Of a DNA stretch of 64,000 bases, positions 10,916-20,555 are shown one piece after another (the stretch's first letter is position 1; each line of letters begins with the position of its first letter). Below the pieces are notes generated by a model. The model was not told the origin of the DNA. It saw only the letters and a list, made by a program, of their open reading frames with translations, and ran no database searches. The stretch covers positions 160,001-224,000 of the forward strand of contig OZ220696.1 in the NCBI GenBank assembly GCA_965116495.1, written 5' to 3'. The stretch is from Gammaproteobacteria bacterium (GTDB lineage: Bacteria; Pseudomonadota; Gammaproteobacteria; Eutrophobiales; Eutrophobiaceae). The translations under genes and the position numbers were made by a program.

Positions 10916-11030
10916 GTATCGCCTCTCATGTTGTTTATATCCGTACGTCAAGTATATCAATAATACGCAAACCCTGGCAGCAGTCACCAGCAAAACCCTC
11001 TTTCCATTACAGACGATCCAAAAAGTAACC

Positions 11031-11095
11031 GGGGACAGACCCCTGCATGCCTGCCCTGGCCCCCGAGGCAGGGTCGTAAGCAGGGGTCTGTCCCC
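11031..11095. repeat. Inverted repeat GGGGACAGACCCCTGC
   Basis: 16-bp perfect inverted repeat at 11031-11046 / 11080-11095 in a divergent intergenic region. Confidence 0.75.
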
Positions 11096-11143
11096 ATTCA
11101 TTTCACGCCCATATTACCTGAAAAAGAGATAGAATCCGGCTGG

Positions 11144-11893
11144 ATGAATGATATGTGGCAAATAGCGCCGGATGATCTTGAGATATCCCCGCATCACGTG
11201 GATATCTGGATGACATCAACGGACCCGGGGGAGGGACAGGTTCAGGCATTCAGGCAATCCTTGACTCAGGCGGAGCTGGCGCGCGCACAAAAGTTCAAGC
11301 CGGTTTCCAGCTACAGGGAATATACTGTGACCCGCGGGCTGCTCAGGCAGTCCCTATCCAGGGTGCCCGGATTGGACATGGCCGGGGTTGACTTTGATTA
11401 TGGTGAGCACGGCAAGCCCTGCCTGGGTACCGGTGTACCCGGAGAAACCATCGCGTTTAACGTATCCCATTCCCATGGCCTGGCCCTGGTGGCGCTCACC
11501 CTGGGGGGCAGACTGGGAGTGGACCTGGAAAAAATCAGGACCAAGGTTGAATGGCGCTCCCTGGCGCAGCAATATTTTTCCGGCGCCGAAGCCCGGGCCC
11601 TGGACGGGTATCCCGGCGAGACCGGTCTGAACGCATTTTTTACTTGCTGGACCCGCAAGGAGGCCTATGTCAAGGCGCTGGGCGGTGGGATTTCCTACGG
11701 TCTGAAGGGGTTTGACGTCAGCATCGACCCGGATGAAACCCATGCGGCATTGACCATACGCTCGAAGGAAGAAGATGCCGACCGCTGGCTGATAAAAAAA
11801 CTCCCTGTACCGGCAACACACGTCGCTGCCCTGGCCCTGGACCGGCCTGCCTGTAATTTCCGGCTCTGGTGCGCTAATGCGTCATTCCGCTGA
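11144..11893 (+). CDS. Sfp-type 4'-phosphopantetheinyl transferase
   Basis: HGKP, FNVSHS, LGVDLE, WTRKEAYVKA. Confidence 0.93.
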   Translation: MNDMWQIAPDDLEISPHHVDIWMTSTDPGEGQVQAFRQSLTQAELARAQKFKPVSSYREYTVTRGLLRQSLSRVPGLDMAGVDFDYGEHGKPCLGTGVPGETIAFNVSHSHGLALVALTLGGRLGVDLEKIRTKVEWRSLAQQYFSGAEARALDGYPGETGLNAFFTCWTRKEAYVKALGGGISYGLKGFDVSIDPDETHAALTIRSKEEDADRWLIKKLPVPATHVAALALDRPACNFRLWCANASFR

Positions 11894-11956
11894 TTCGTCA
11901 TTTGCGCAAGCGGGAATGCATGGATTAGGTTCCTGCTTGCGCAGGAACGACGAATC
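11892..11956. repeat. REP-like palindromic doublet (gtcattcccgcg..gcgggaatcc family)
   Basis: Degenerate copies, also at 14325-14423, 37751-37943, 43404-43435, 47309-47340 and 58305-58393. Confidence 0.65.
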
Positions 11957-11982
11957 CGGATGCACTGACGACAGCTGTGTGG

Positions 11983-13437
11983 CTAAAGACTGTGGACCCA
12001 GGCAACCAGGGCGTTCATCAATTCCTTGCCGTGCCCCTTGTGCGCCTGCTTCCGGTTCAACATGCCTGCAACAATATACTCCCGTCCGGACCTGGCATGG
12101 ACATATCCTGCTATGGCGGATACGTCATCTATCGTACCGGTCTTGATATGCGCATAACCCGAAGCCGGTTTGTATTTCAACCGGTTTCTTGCCGTGCCGT
12201 CTACGCCGGTTATGGATAACGAAGATATGAACTCCGGCCGGTTGGGTATGGTCCAGGCATGATCCAGGATATCCACCAGCAATCTTGCCGAGGCGCGCGC
12301 CTCTCTTGACAGTCCGGCGCCGTTATCGATTTTCAGGGTTTGCGTGTCCAGGCCCAGGTCCGTGAGATACCCGTCAATAACCCGGGCACCCTTTTCAGTT
12401 GTGCCGGGTGCTTCCTGTAGTTCAGCCCCAAGGGTCAGCATCAGTTGCCGGCTCATGACGTTATTGCTGAACTTGTTGATGAGTTTGATGACCTCGGACA
12501 AGGACTTCGAATGCCGGACCAGGAACGGTTCGTCCGTGGCCGGCGCCGTGGCTGTCCTGACCTGCCCGGCGATGTTTCCACCCAGTTGTTGCCATATTGA
12601 CTTGAATAATCCGAATGCATAGGTTTCATGGGTCAGCACTGTCCGGGACAGGATGTAATGATTACAGCGATTGGGGAATCTTCCCGAAAAAATGATGCTG
12701 TCAGCCGTTTCCCGGCCAGGAATTGTCACGGCTATACCCCTCTGGAAACCACCACAATAGCGTTTTCGCAGGCGCAACCGGTTGTCAATCTTCAGTCCGG
12801 CCAGCACCGGTTCGGGATGAACCGTGACGTTCCTGCCGTTCGCTGCAGGGTAGAAATGAAAATGAACCGCCTTGAAATTAACCAGAAACGCGTGCGGCAG
12901 GACGTTATAGGTACGGTACGGCTTATTGTCAAACGCGCCGGGGTTTTCGTACGGAATATTAAAATGAGAGCGGTCGATCAATAGATCGCCTGTTATTTCC
13001 CTGAGTCCGCGCCGCCTGAGTTCCTCCAGTATCTTGCGAAATTCTTCCGTGACGAGATGCGGGTCGCCGTACCCCTTGAACAGGATATCGCCGTGCAGCA
13101 CCCCGTCCCTGATACTGCCCAGGGTGTAAACCTCGGTTTTCCAGCGATAGCCCGGGCCCAGCAATTCCAGGGCGGCGAGCGTGGGGATGATCTTCATGAC
13201 GGATGCGGGGTTGAACGGGAGTTCCCCGTTGACCGCCAGCACCGGCTCCTGACTGCCGACTTCCCTGACGTAAAGACTGTAGGCGGCGGACGGGATTTTA
13301 TGACCGTTGGTAACGATCCCGATGGGGCGGGGCAACTGCGCTGCGCCGGCCCAGGCATACCATCCCGTGATGAAAAACAACACGATTATCCTGAATAATG
13401 GGGTCAGGTCGCACATTGCACATTGGGATGGTTTCAT
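11983..13437 (-). CDS. dacB: D-alanyl-D-alanine carboxypeptidase/endopeptidase (PBP4)
   Basis: PASVMK (SxxK), SNN (SxN), NGAGLS, IKTGT (KTG). Confidence 0.93.
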   Translation of the reverse strand: MKPSQCAMCDLTPLFRIIVLFFITGWYAWAGAAQLPRPIGIVTNGHKIPSAAYSLYVREVGSQEPVLAVNGELPFNPASVMKIIPTLAALELLGPGYRWKTEVYTLGSIRDGVLHGDILFKGYGDPHLVTEEFRKILEELRRRGLREITGDLLIDRSHFNIPYENPGAFDNKPYRTYNVLPHAFLVNFKAVHFHFYPAANGRNVTVHPEPVLAGLKIDNRLRLRKRYCGGFQRGIAVTIPGRETADSIIFSGRFPNRCNHYILSRTVLTHETYAFGLFKSIWQQLGGNIAGQVRTATAPATDEPFLVRHSKSLSEVIKLINKFSNNVMSRQLMLTLGAELQEAPGTTEKGARVIDGYLTDLGLDTQTLKIDNGAGLSREARASARLLVDILDHAWTIPNRPEFISSLSITGVDGTARNRLKYKPASGYAHIKTGTIDDVSAIAGYVHARSGREYIVAGMLNRKQAHKGHGKELMNALVAWVHSL

Positions 13438-13489
13438 AACTTCACACTCATTTCTTCATATGTGCAATGTGCGACCTGACCCTATTATT
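13394..13489. repeat. MITE/REPIN-like element, AATGGGGTCAGGTCGCACAWTGCAC family, copy 1
   Basis: 30-bp inverted arms with 1 mismatch, 13394-13423 / 13460-13489. Confidence 0.85.
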
Positions 13490-14231
13490 CTCCGCCGCGG
13501 CAGGCTGCGCCGAAGACTTCCCATATTTTTGCGTTCAGGGGATGTGAGCGCCAGTCCCACTCGGGATGCCATTGCACGCCGGCCGCGAATGTCTTGCTGT
13601 TACGGACCCGGACCGCTTCTATGATCCCGTCCGGGGAGCGGGCTTCAACGGACAGGTCGCCGGCGAGGCGGTCTATGCCCTGTTCATGCACGCTGTTTAC
13701 TCTGGTTGTTCTGGCTACGGCCAATTTCCCCAGTTCGCTGTCCGGTTCAAAGATAATGTCGTGGTAGTGGGCGAAGCGCTGTTCGATGCTCCAGTCTTCA
13801 GGCGGGAAGTGGTTCAACTTACCCGGCAGGTTGGGTACATCCTGGTGCAGGGTGCCCCCCAGGGCTACGTTGAGCTCCTGGATACCGCGACAGATACACA
13901 ACATGGGAATGCCGGCGTCGATTACTTTCGGAATCAGGGGGAGGGTCGTCGCATCCCGGTGCGGGTCCTGCACGGTATTTTCCGGCGCAATTTTACCCTG
14001 GTAGCGCTGTGGTTGAATATTGGATCGCGCGCCGGTAAAGATGATGCCATCCACCCTGTCGAGCAGGGCATCGATGTCCAGGAATTCCGCAACAGGCGGT
14101 ACTATCCAGGGCAGGGCGCCGGCCGCGTGAATGACGGCATCAGTATAAACGCCGTATGCGACCGCAGCCGGCATGATATCTCTTATCATGATGTTATCAG
14201 CTGTAATTGCAATTACGGGTTTGCGACTCAT
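13485..14231 (-). CDS. Gamma-glutamyl-gamma-aminobutyrate hydrolase family (peptidase C26, PuuD-like)
   Basis: CICRGIQELNVALGGTL, VNSVHEQGI, GVQWHPE. Confidence 0.9.
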   Translation of the reverse strand: MSRKPVIAITADNIMIRDIMPAAVAYGVYTDAVIHAAGALPWIVPPVAEFLDIDALLDRVDGIIFTGARSNIQPQRYQGKIAPENTVQDPHRDATTLPLIPKVIDAGIPMLCICRGIQELNVALGGTLHQDVPNLPGKLNHFPPEDWSIEQRFAHYHDIIFEPDSELGKLAVARTTRVNSVHEQGIDRLAGDLSVEARSPDGIIEAVRVRNSKTFAAGVQWHPEWDWRSHPLNAKIWEVFGAACRGGE

Positions 14232-14539
14232 GGTTCTTTAAAGAAGGATCGATCGAAAAAATAATTATGAATTAAGTGTATCAAGGAAAGAGGTCATTAT
14301 CATGAACAATGAAGCATTTTTCGACTGGTTTCCGGCCTGCGCCGGAATGACGGGGTCAGGCGTCAGCGCCCATAATTTTCAGTGTGGTATAATCGGCAGT
14401 CATTCCCGGGGAGTCGGAACCATAGGGTTTTAATCTGATGAAACTTGAAATTGTCAGGCCAACTGCCAGTTCGCGGGTCAGCGAGATTCCACTCAGAATC
14501 GCAGTAGGCGTCTTGACATTTGTGCCAATTCCGCAAAGA

Positions 14540-16108
14540 TTGATTAAACATCCTCGCCGGCGCAGCGTCCTGAAATTACTATTTCCCGTCATCACCTGCT
14601 GCATCATCTCCGCCTGTGCCCCGAAGATGAAGCTGGTCAATCTGGTCCCCGAGGCTGACGAAACGGTTGCGGAGTTACCCGACGAGTTTAGCGGGAGCGG
14701 GGACCCCGGTTCCTATGAGCCCCTGGAGTGGTGGAAATCGTTCGCAGACCCGGTTCTTGACAGGATAATCGAAGCGGCGCTGGAGTCGAACTTCGACCTG
14801 GCCGAAGCGGTGGCCCGGGTCGAACAGGCCAGGGCGCGGGAACGCATCGTCAAGGCCCCGGCATTTCCGCTTATCCAACCTTCGCTGGATATTACCGGCA
14901 CGGATATACCCACTAATGCAGGTATCGCCGCGCAACTGGATGAAGTCGGGCTGGGCTCCGACGTATACAGTGACTTTGGCATCGAGTTGCCCGACCGGCT
15001 TGACTTGACTACCTATACGTTAAACGCTGAATTCTCTTATGAACTCGATTTCTGGGGACGCAACCGCAACGATACGCTGGCCGCCGGGGCGCAGCGGTCG
15101 GCTTCCGAGGCGGATTACCTGACCGCCCGCATGGGGGTGCTGTCCGAAACCGTGCGCACCTACCTGGAGATTGTCGACCTGCGCCGGCAACACAAGCTGG
15201 TGGATGAAAACGTGGAAATATTCCGGCAGCGCGAGTCACTGGCCGGGTTTCGTTATGGCCGCGGCCGCATCGACACGCTCGCGCTTTACGCTGCGCGCCA
15301 GAACCTGCGCAATGCAGAGGCGGAGTTGCCGCAGATCGAAGCGCTGCTGGCGGATGCTGAAGGCCGGCTCTGGGTAATGCTGGGCGGTTACCGCTCGGAC
15401 CTGGAGGAATTACTGCCCGATACCCCGACGCCCGCCACTGCGCTCGAACCGATTCCGGCCGGCATTCCGGCAGATCTCCTGGCACAGCGGCCGGACGTCA
15501 GTGCGGCAAGGCAGCGCATGGAGGCGGCCCGGTACACGGTCGGCGCCCGGCGCGCGGACATGTTTCCGAGCCTGTCCCTATACGGTTCCATCGGGCTGCA
15601 GAGTACCGAGGGAGGAGAGTGGTTCGACCCGGATCAATGGTTTCGCAACCTGAGCTTCAACCTGCTGGGCCCGGTATTCCAGGGTTCACGGTTGCGCAGC
15701 AACGTCGACCTTGCCGAGGCCAGGTTGAATGAGGCGGCTGCCGCTTACGGACGCAGTGTCGTCACCGCGGTCAAGGAGGTTGAGGCTGCCCTGGCGCGGC
15801 TTGAGGCCAGCCGTCGCCGCCATTCCCTGCTGGCATCCCTCGCCGATGAGGCGCAGGCCGAAAATGCGTTGCAGGAACAGCGCTATGTCTCCGGTGTGGG
15901 TAACTATGAGGATTACCTGACCGCATCGCAAAATCTCCTGGGAGCGCAATCCGGACTGGCAGCAGCTGAGCGTGACCTGGGTTATGCGCGTCTCGCACTG
16001 CACCGTGCGTTGGGAGGCGCGTGGACCGTCCAGGACAGGGAAGCAATCAATCACAGTAACGCAACCTCTGCAGAGCAGGCGCGTTACCTGGCGAACTCCA
16101 CGGAGTAA
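14540..16108 (+). CDS. RND efflux outer-membrane factor lipoprotein (NodT/OprM-like)
   Basis: Lipobox ISAC, WWKSFADP, YELDFWG, QRPDV; start uncertain (TTG at 14540 chosen). Confidence 0.88.
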   Translation: MIKHPRRRSVLKLLFPVITCCIISACAPKMKLVNLVPEADETVAELPDEFSGSGDPGSYEPLEWWKSFADPVLDRIIEAALESNFDLAEAVARVEQARARERIVKAPAFPLIQPSLDITGTDIPTNAGIAAQLDEVGLGSDVYSDFGIELPDRLDLTTYTLNAEFSYELDFWGRNRNDTLAAGAQRSASEADYLTARMGVLSETVRTYLEIVDLRRQHKLVDENVEIFRQRESLAGFRYGRGRIDTLALYAARQNLRNAEAELPQIEALLADAEGRLWVMLGGYRSDLEELLPDTPTPATALEPIPAGIPADLLAQRPDVSAARQRMEAARYTVGARRADMFPSLSLYGSIGLQSTEGGEWFDPDQWFRNLSFNLLGPVFQGSRLRSNVDLAEARLNEAAAAYGRSVVTAVKEVEAALARLEASRRRHSLLASLADEAQAENALQEQRYVSGVGNYEDYLTASQNLLGAQSGLAAAERDLGYARLALHRALGGAWTVQDREAINHSNATSAEQARYLANSTE

Positions 16109-16114
16109 AACGAC

Positions 16115-17320
16115 ATGTCCCGCATTTCCAGTTTCCTCGTTGTTGTAATCATTATCGGCGCTTCCGTGGCATTGGCGTCTTTCCTGGTTTCAAGGGCGCC
16201 GGAGCCGGAGCGCGTCGAATCTCCCCCGCAAATCCCTTACGCGCAGACCGATACGGTAATTGCCGGGTTTGGCGCCATACCCGTGTACGGAGCGGGAACG
16301 GTCAGACCAGGTGCAGAGGTCGATATCGCGCCGCAAATCGGCGGCAGGATTGTCTGGGTTGATGCGGGCTTCCAGAGTGGCGGACGGATACAGGCGGGGC
16401 AGACGGTTTTCCGTATAGAAGAAGCGGACTACCTGTACCGGGTGCAGGAAGCAGAGGCCAATCTCGCTGCCCGCCGCGTGGCCTTGCTCGAGGAACAGGA
16501 ACAGGCGGCTATCGCCCGCGCCGAGTATGAACGTTACTCCAACCGGCAGGGGGACACGGCTGTACAGGCCGGCGTCAGTCCTCTTACGCTCAGGGAACCC
16601 CAACTGGAAGCGGCACGGGCCGAATTGAAACGTGCTGAGGCTCTGCTCGCAGACGCCAGGCTGGCGCTGGCCAGGACCCGGGTAACTGCGCCCTTCGACG
16701 GTCATGTGCGTGAAGAGTCGGTGGATGTGGGACAGATCGTGGGCGCCGGCCAGACCGTGGGACGGTTTTTTGCATCCGCTGCCGTGGAAGTAGTCGTACC
16801 CTTGTCCGATACCGAGGCTGCCTTGATCCCGGGCTTGTGGGAACTTAAGGCGGGCGACGGGGAGCAAGGTGTTCGGGCGCTCGTGGTCGCCCGCTACGGC
16901 GAAGGAAAATATGCCTGGAAAGGCTACGTGGACCGGGGCGAAACTTCCGTTGACGAACTGACGCGCACTATCGACGTGGTCGTGCGCGTGCCTGACCCGT
17001 TCAGTGCAGGAATTCCGCTGGGCCCATCCGCTGTTGCCGGCGCCGGTCCGCCCTTGCTGCTCGGTGAGTTCGTGGAGGTGGAGATCACGGGGCTTGCGCC
17101 GGAGGTTTATTTCCGTGTGCCGAGAGCAGCCCTGCAACCGGGCAATGAAGTCTGGGTCGTGAACCCCGGCGGCAGGGTGGGCATCGTTCCGGTTCAGGTG
17201 CTGCAGCGCGCCGATGACGAGGTATTCGTGACCGGCGACCTGGACCGCGGCCAGGCCGTGATTACCGGTGGAATACAGTATGCCACGGAAGGTATGCGCG
17301 TGCGTACGGGAACTGATTAG
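16115..17320 (+). CDS. RND efflux periplasmic adaptor (membrane fusion protein)
   Basis: N-terminal anchor, lipoyl-like halves, coiled coil, TRVTAPFDG. Confidence 0.92.
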   Translation: MSRISSFLVVVIIIGASVALASFLVSRAPEPERVESPPQIPYAQTDTVIAGFGAIPVYGAGTVRPGAEVDIAPQIGGRIVWVDAGFQSGGRIQAGQTVFRIEEADYLYRVQEAEANLAARRVALLEEQEQAAIARAEYERYSNRQGDTAVQAGVSPLTLREPQLEAARAELKRAEALLADARLALARTRVTAPFDGHVREESVDVGQIVGAGQTVGRFFASAAVEVVVPLSDTEAALIPGLWELKAGDGEQGVRALVVARYGEGKYAWKGYVDRGETSVDELTRTIDVVVRVPDPFSAGIPLGPSAVAGAGPPLLLGEFVEVEITGLAPEVYFRVPRAALQPGNEVWVVNPGGRVGIVPVQVLQRADDEVFVTGDLDRGQAVITGGIQYATEGMRVRTGTD

Positions 17321-17325
17321 TCACT

Positions 17326-20300
17326 ATGAGTTCAATCGATCCCGGTCACGGAGAACGCCCCGGCCCCATCGCCTACATGGCGGGCAACGGCATCAGCGCC
17401 AACCTGCTGATGTTTGCCATCATCGCCGCAGGACTTGTGTCGTTGACCGGACTCGAGCGGGAAGCATGGCCCACCGTGCCGTTTAACCATGTCGAGGTCT
17501 CCATGCCCTACCCCGGTGCAACCCCGGAGGAAGTGGAAGAGTCCATCGTCGTCAAGATCGAGGATGAGGTCAGCGGCCTGGAAGATGTCAAGGCGGTGAA
17601 GTCTGTGGCGGCCCCCGGGATGGCTTCGGTCAGGATCGAAGTGAAATCGGGCGCGGATATGAGCGATGCCATGGACGAGATCGAATCCGCGGTCAGCCGC
17701 GTCCAGACCTTTCCCGCCGGCGCGGAACGCGCCGAGTTCAGGGAAATGACCAATCGCCAGAGCATGATCCGCCTGATTGTCTATGGCGACGTCCCGGAAC
17801 GTTCGCTGAAGGAACTGGCGTACCGCATAGAAGATGAACTGGCTTCGCTGCCCGCCGTGTCCCTGGTCGACACCAGCGGCATGCGTGAATACGAAATTTC
17901 CATCGAGGTGCCGCTGCATCGCCTGCGCGCGCTCGGACTCACACTTGACGATATTGCAGATACGGTCCGGCGCAGTTCCCTGGACCTGTCCGCGGGAAGT
18001 ATTGATACCCGGGAATCCCAGGTACGCGTGCGCACCCTGGGTCAGCGCTACGATCAGCAGGATTTTGAGGATATCGTAGTACTCAGCCGTAGCGACGGAA
18101 CGGTGGTGCGCCTGGGTGATATCGCCGGTGTGCGGGACGGCTTCCAGGACCTCGACCTGATTATCCGGCACCAGGATAAACCCGGGGTTTTCGTGGAGGT
18201 ATCCCGGGCCGAGGGCGAGCAGGTGATGAAGGTGGCGACGGCGGTACAGGAGCACATTACCAACGCGGTGATCCCGTCCCTTCCCGATGGCGTCGACATC
18301 ACCATCTGGAATGATGAATCCCAGAGCTATTCGGAGCGCGTCGACCTGCTGGTCAAGAACGGCCTCCTGGGCCTGATGCTGGTGTTGATCGCACTGGCCC
18401 TGTTCCTGGAGATCCGGCTCGCTATCTGGGTCGCCGTGGGTCTTGCCATTTCCGGTATCGGCGCCCTGGCCGTCATGCTGGTCATGGACCTGGCGATCAA
18501 CACCATATCGCTGTTCTCATTCGTGCTTGCCATCGGGATCATCGTCGATGATGCAATAGTTGTAGCGGAGCATATCCATTATGAGCGCAAGCGGGGCACG
18601 CCCGGTGTCGTTGCGGCCATCCGCGGGGCGCGCCGCATCAAGATGCCGTTGGCCTTCGCGGTGCTTACTTCAATCGCTGCATTCATCCCCCTGCTGTTCA
18701 TTCCCGGCGGCATCGGCGAAATATGGTCCGCCTTGCCGATAATCATCATCGCCATGCTGTCGATTTCCCTGGTGGAATCGCTGTTTGTCCTGCCGAACCA
18801 CCTGTCTCACTTGCACGGCCCGGATTGGGCGCCGACCAGCGCGGTCGACCGCTTCTTTGCCGGGACCCAGGGCTTCGTCGATCGCGCTCTGAACAGGTTC
18901 CTTAACGGTCCCCTGGAACGGGCGCTGCGCTTTGCAACGAACCAGCCGGGGATAACCATCGCCGGCGCCATCGGGTTGTTCATCCTCAGCGTGTCCCTGG
19001 TGCCGGCAGGTATCGTGGCCACGACTTTTGCCGACGTGGTGGAGGGCGACTTCGTGACGGCTAACCTGGAAATGCCCGACGGTACCACTGCGCAGCGGAC
19101 CCACGAGGTGGCGCGGGAACTGCAGGATGCCGGAGAGCGGGTCATTGAACGTCTGGACAGGACCCGGCCTGAAGGCGCGCCTTCCCTGTTGTCCGGCGTT
19201 ATCGTAACCGTGGGGCAACGCCCCCGTGTCGAGGGCGGCGGACTCGACCCGGCGCCGAAGTTGAATCCGGAGGCCAATATCGCCACCATCGAGTTCAAGT
19301 TGCTGAGCGCGCAGCAGCGGCAGATCACTACCCGGCAGGTGGTGCAGGCATGGCGGGAAGAGGTGGGTATTCTGCCCTACGTACGCGGCATTGCCTTCAG
19401 CGGGCAAGTCATTGACCTCGGCAACCCCATCGAGGCCGTGCTGTCGCACCCGGACCCGGAACGCTTGGCGCAAATCGCCGACTCGGTAGTAAACGGCCTG
19501 CGCGGCATTGCGGGGGTGTTCGACGTGCGCTCGGACCACACGCCCGGTATCAAGGAGATCCAGCTCGAATTACGGCCGGAAGCGCGTACGCTGGGGCTCA
19601 CGCTTGAAGACATGGCCGGACAGACGCGCGCTGCTTTCTTCGGCGCCGAAGCGCTGCGGGTGCAGCGGGGCAGGGAGGAAGTCAAGGTCTATGTGCGCCT
19701 GCCCGGGGATGAACGCGATGCCATTACCGATATCGAGGGATATCTTATCCGTACGCCGAACGGCGCCGAAATCCCCTTGAGCCAGGTGGCCGTAGTAAAA
19801 TCAGGCACTTCACCCCCGGTGGTGCGGCGCCGGGACGGGCAGCGCGTCGTCATTGTCACGGGGGATGTGAATAAGACCGTGATCTCCGGCGGAGAGGCGA
19901 ACAGTATCCTGGCCGATTCGATCCTGGCAGGGCTGTCCGCCAAAAACCCGGAACTGACCTACCGGTTCGGGGGGGAACAGCAGCAACAACTCGATTCACT
20001 GGGCGCCCTGTACCGGGGTTTTGTGATTGCAATGCTGATGATTTTTGCGCTGCTGGCCATTCCCCTGCGCTCCTATACCAAGCCGTTCATCATCATGGCC
20101 GTCGTCCCGTTTGGGCTCATCGGCGCCATCCTCGGTCACTGGATCCTGGGTGTCGCGCTCAGCGCGGCTTCTTTCATGGGTATCTTCGGCCTCAGCGGCG
20201 TGGTAGTGAACGATTCCCTGGTCATGATCGATTTCATCGACCAGAAACTCAGGGAGGGAGTACCCGTGAGGACTGCGATCATCAACGGCGCCAAGGGGCG

Positions 20301-20547
20301 TTTTCGTCCCATATTGCTGACCTCGGTGACTACCTTTCTCGGTTTCACGCCGCTTATTCTCGAGACCTCAATCCAGGCACAGTTCCTTGTTCCTTTTGCG
20401 GCTTCGCTCGGGTTCGGGATCATGATTACCACTGCCATACTCATGGTGCTCATACCCGCGCTGTATACCCTCTATTTACGCCTGATTCCCCCGCGTACGG
20501 AACGCGCCGTTCCCGCTGCTGAATTACAGACCCGGACTGTGGGTTAG
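17326..20547 (+). CDS. AcrB-family RND permease
   Basis: YPGATPEEVE, GIIVDDAIVVAE, GVVVNDSLV, RFRPILLTSVTT. Confidence 0.95.
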   Translation: MSSIDPGHGERPGPIAYMAGNGISANLLMFAIIAAGLVSLTGLEREAWPTVPFNHVEVSMPYPGATPEEVEESIVVKIEDEVSGLEDVKAVKSVAAPGMASVRIEVKSGADMSDAMDEIESAVSRVQTFPAGAERAEFREMTNRQSMIRLIVYGDVPERSLKELAYRIEDELASLPAVSLVDTSGMREYEISIEVPLHRLRALGLTLDDIADTVRRSSLDLSAGSIDTRESQVRVRTLGQRYDQQDFEDIVVLSRSDGTVVRLGDIAGVRDGFQDLDLIIRHQDKPGVFVEVSRAEGEQVMKVATAVQEHITNAVIPSLPDGVDITIWNDESQSYSERVDLLVKNGLLGLMLVLIALALFLEIRLAIWVAVGLAISGIGALAVMLVMDLAINTISLFSFVLAIGIIVDDAIVVAEHIHYERKRGTPGVVAAIRGARRIKMPLAFAVLTSIAAFIPLLFIPGGIGEIWSALPIIIIAMLSISLVESLFVLPNHLSHLHGPDWAPTSAVDRFFAGTQGFVDRALNRFLNGPLERALRFATNQPGITIAGAIGLFILSVSLVPAGIVATTFADVVEGDFVTANLEMPDGTTAQRTHEVARELQDAGERVIERLDRTRPEGAPSLLSGVIVTVGQRPRVEGGGLDPAPKLNPEANIATIEFKLLSAQQRQITTRQVVQAWREEVGILPYVRGIAFSGQVIDLGNPIEAVLSHPDPERLAQIADSVVNGLRGIAGVFDVRSDHTPGIKEIQLELRPEARTLGLTLEDMAGQTRAAFFGAEALRVQRGREEVKVYVRLPGDERDAITDIEGYLIRTPNGAEIPLSQVAVVKSGTSPPVVRRRDGQRVVIVTGDVNKTVISGGEANSILADSILAGLSAKNPELTYRFGGEQQQQLDSLGALYRGFVIAMLMIFALLAIPLRSYTKPFIIMAVVPFGLIGAILGHWILGVALSAASFMGIFGLSGVVVNDSLVMIDFIDQKLREGVPVRTAIINGAKGRFRPILLTSVTTFLGFTPLILETSIQAQFLVPFAASLGFGIMITTAILMVLIPALYTLYLRLIPPRTERAVPAAELQTRTVG

Positions 20548-20555
20548 CGGCGGAC

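Noticed and set aside
16190-19539. Long minus-strand ORFs (315, 307 and 289 aa)
   Set aside because: Antisense shadows of the GC-rich RND genes.
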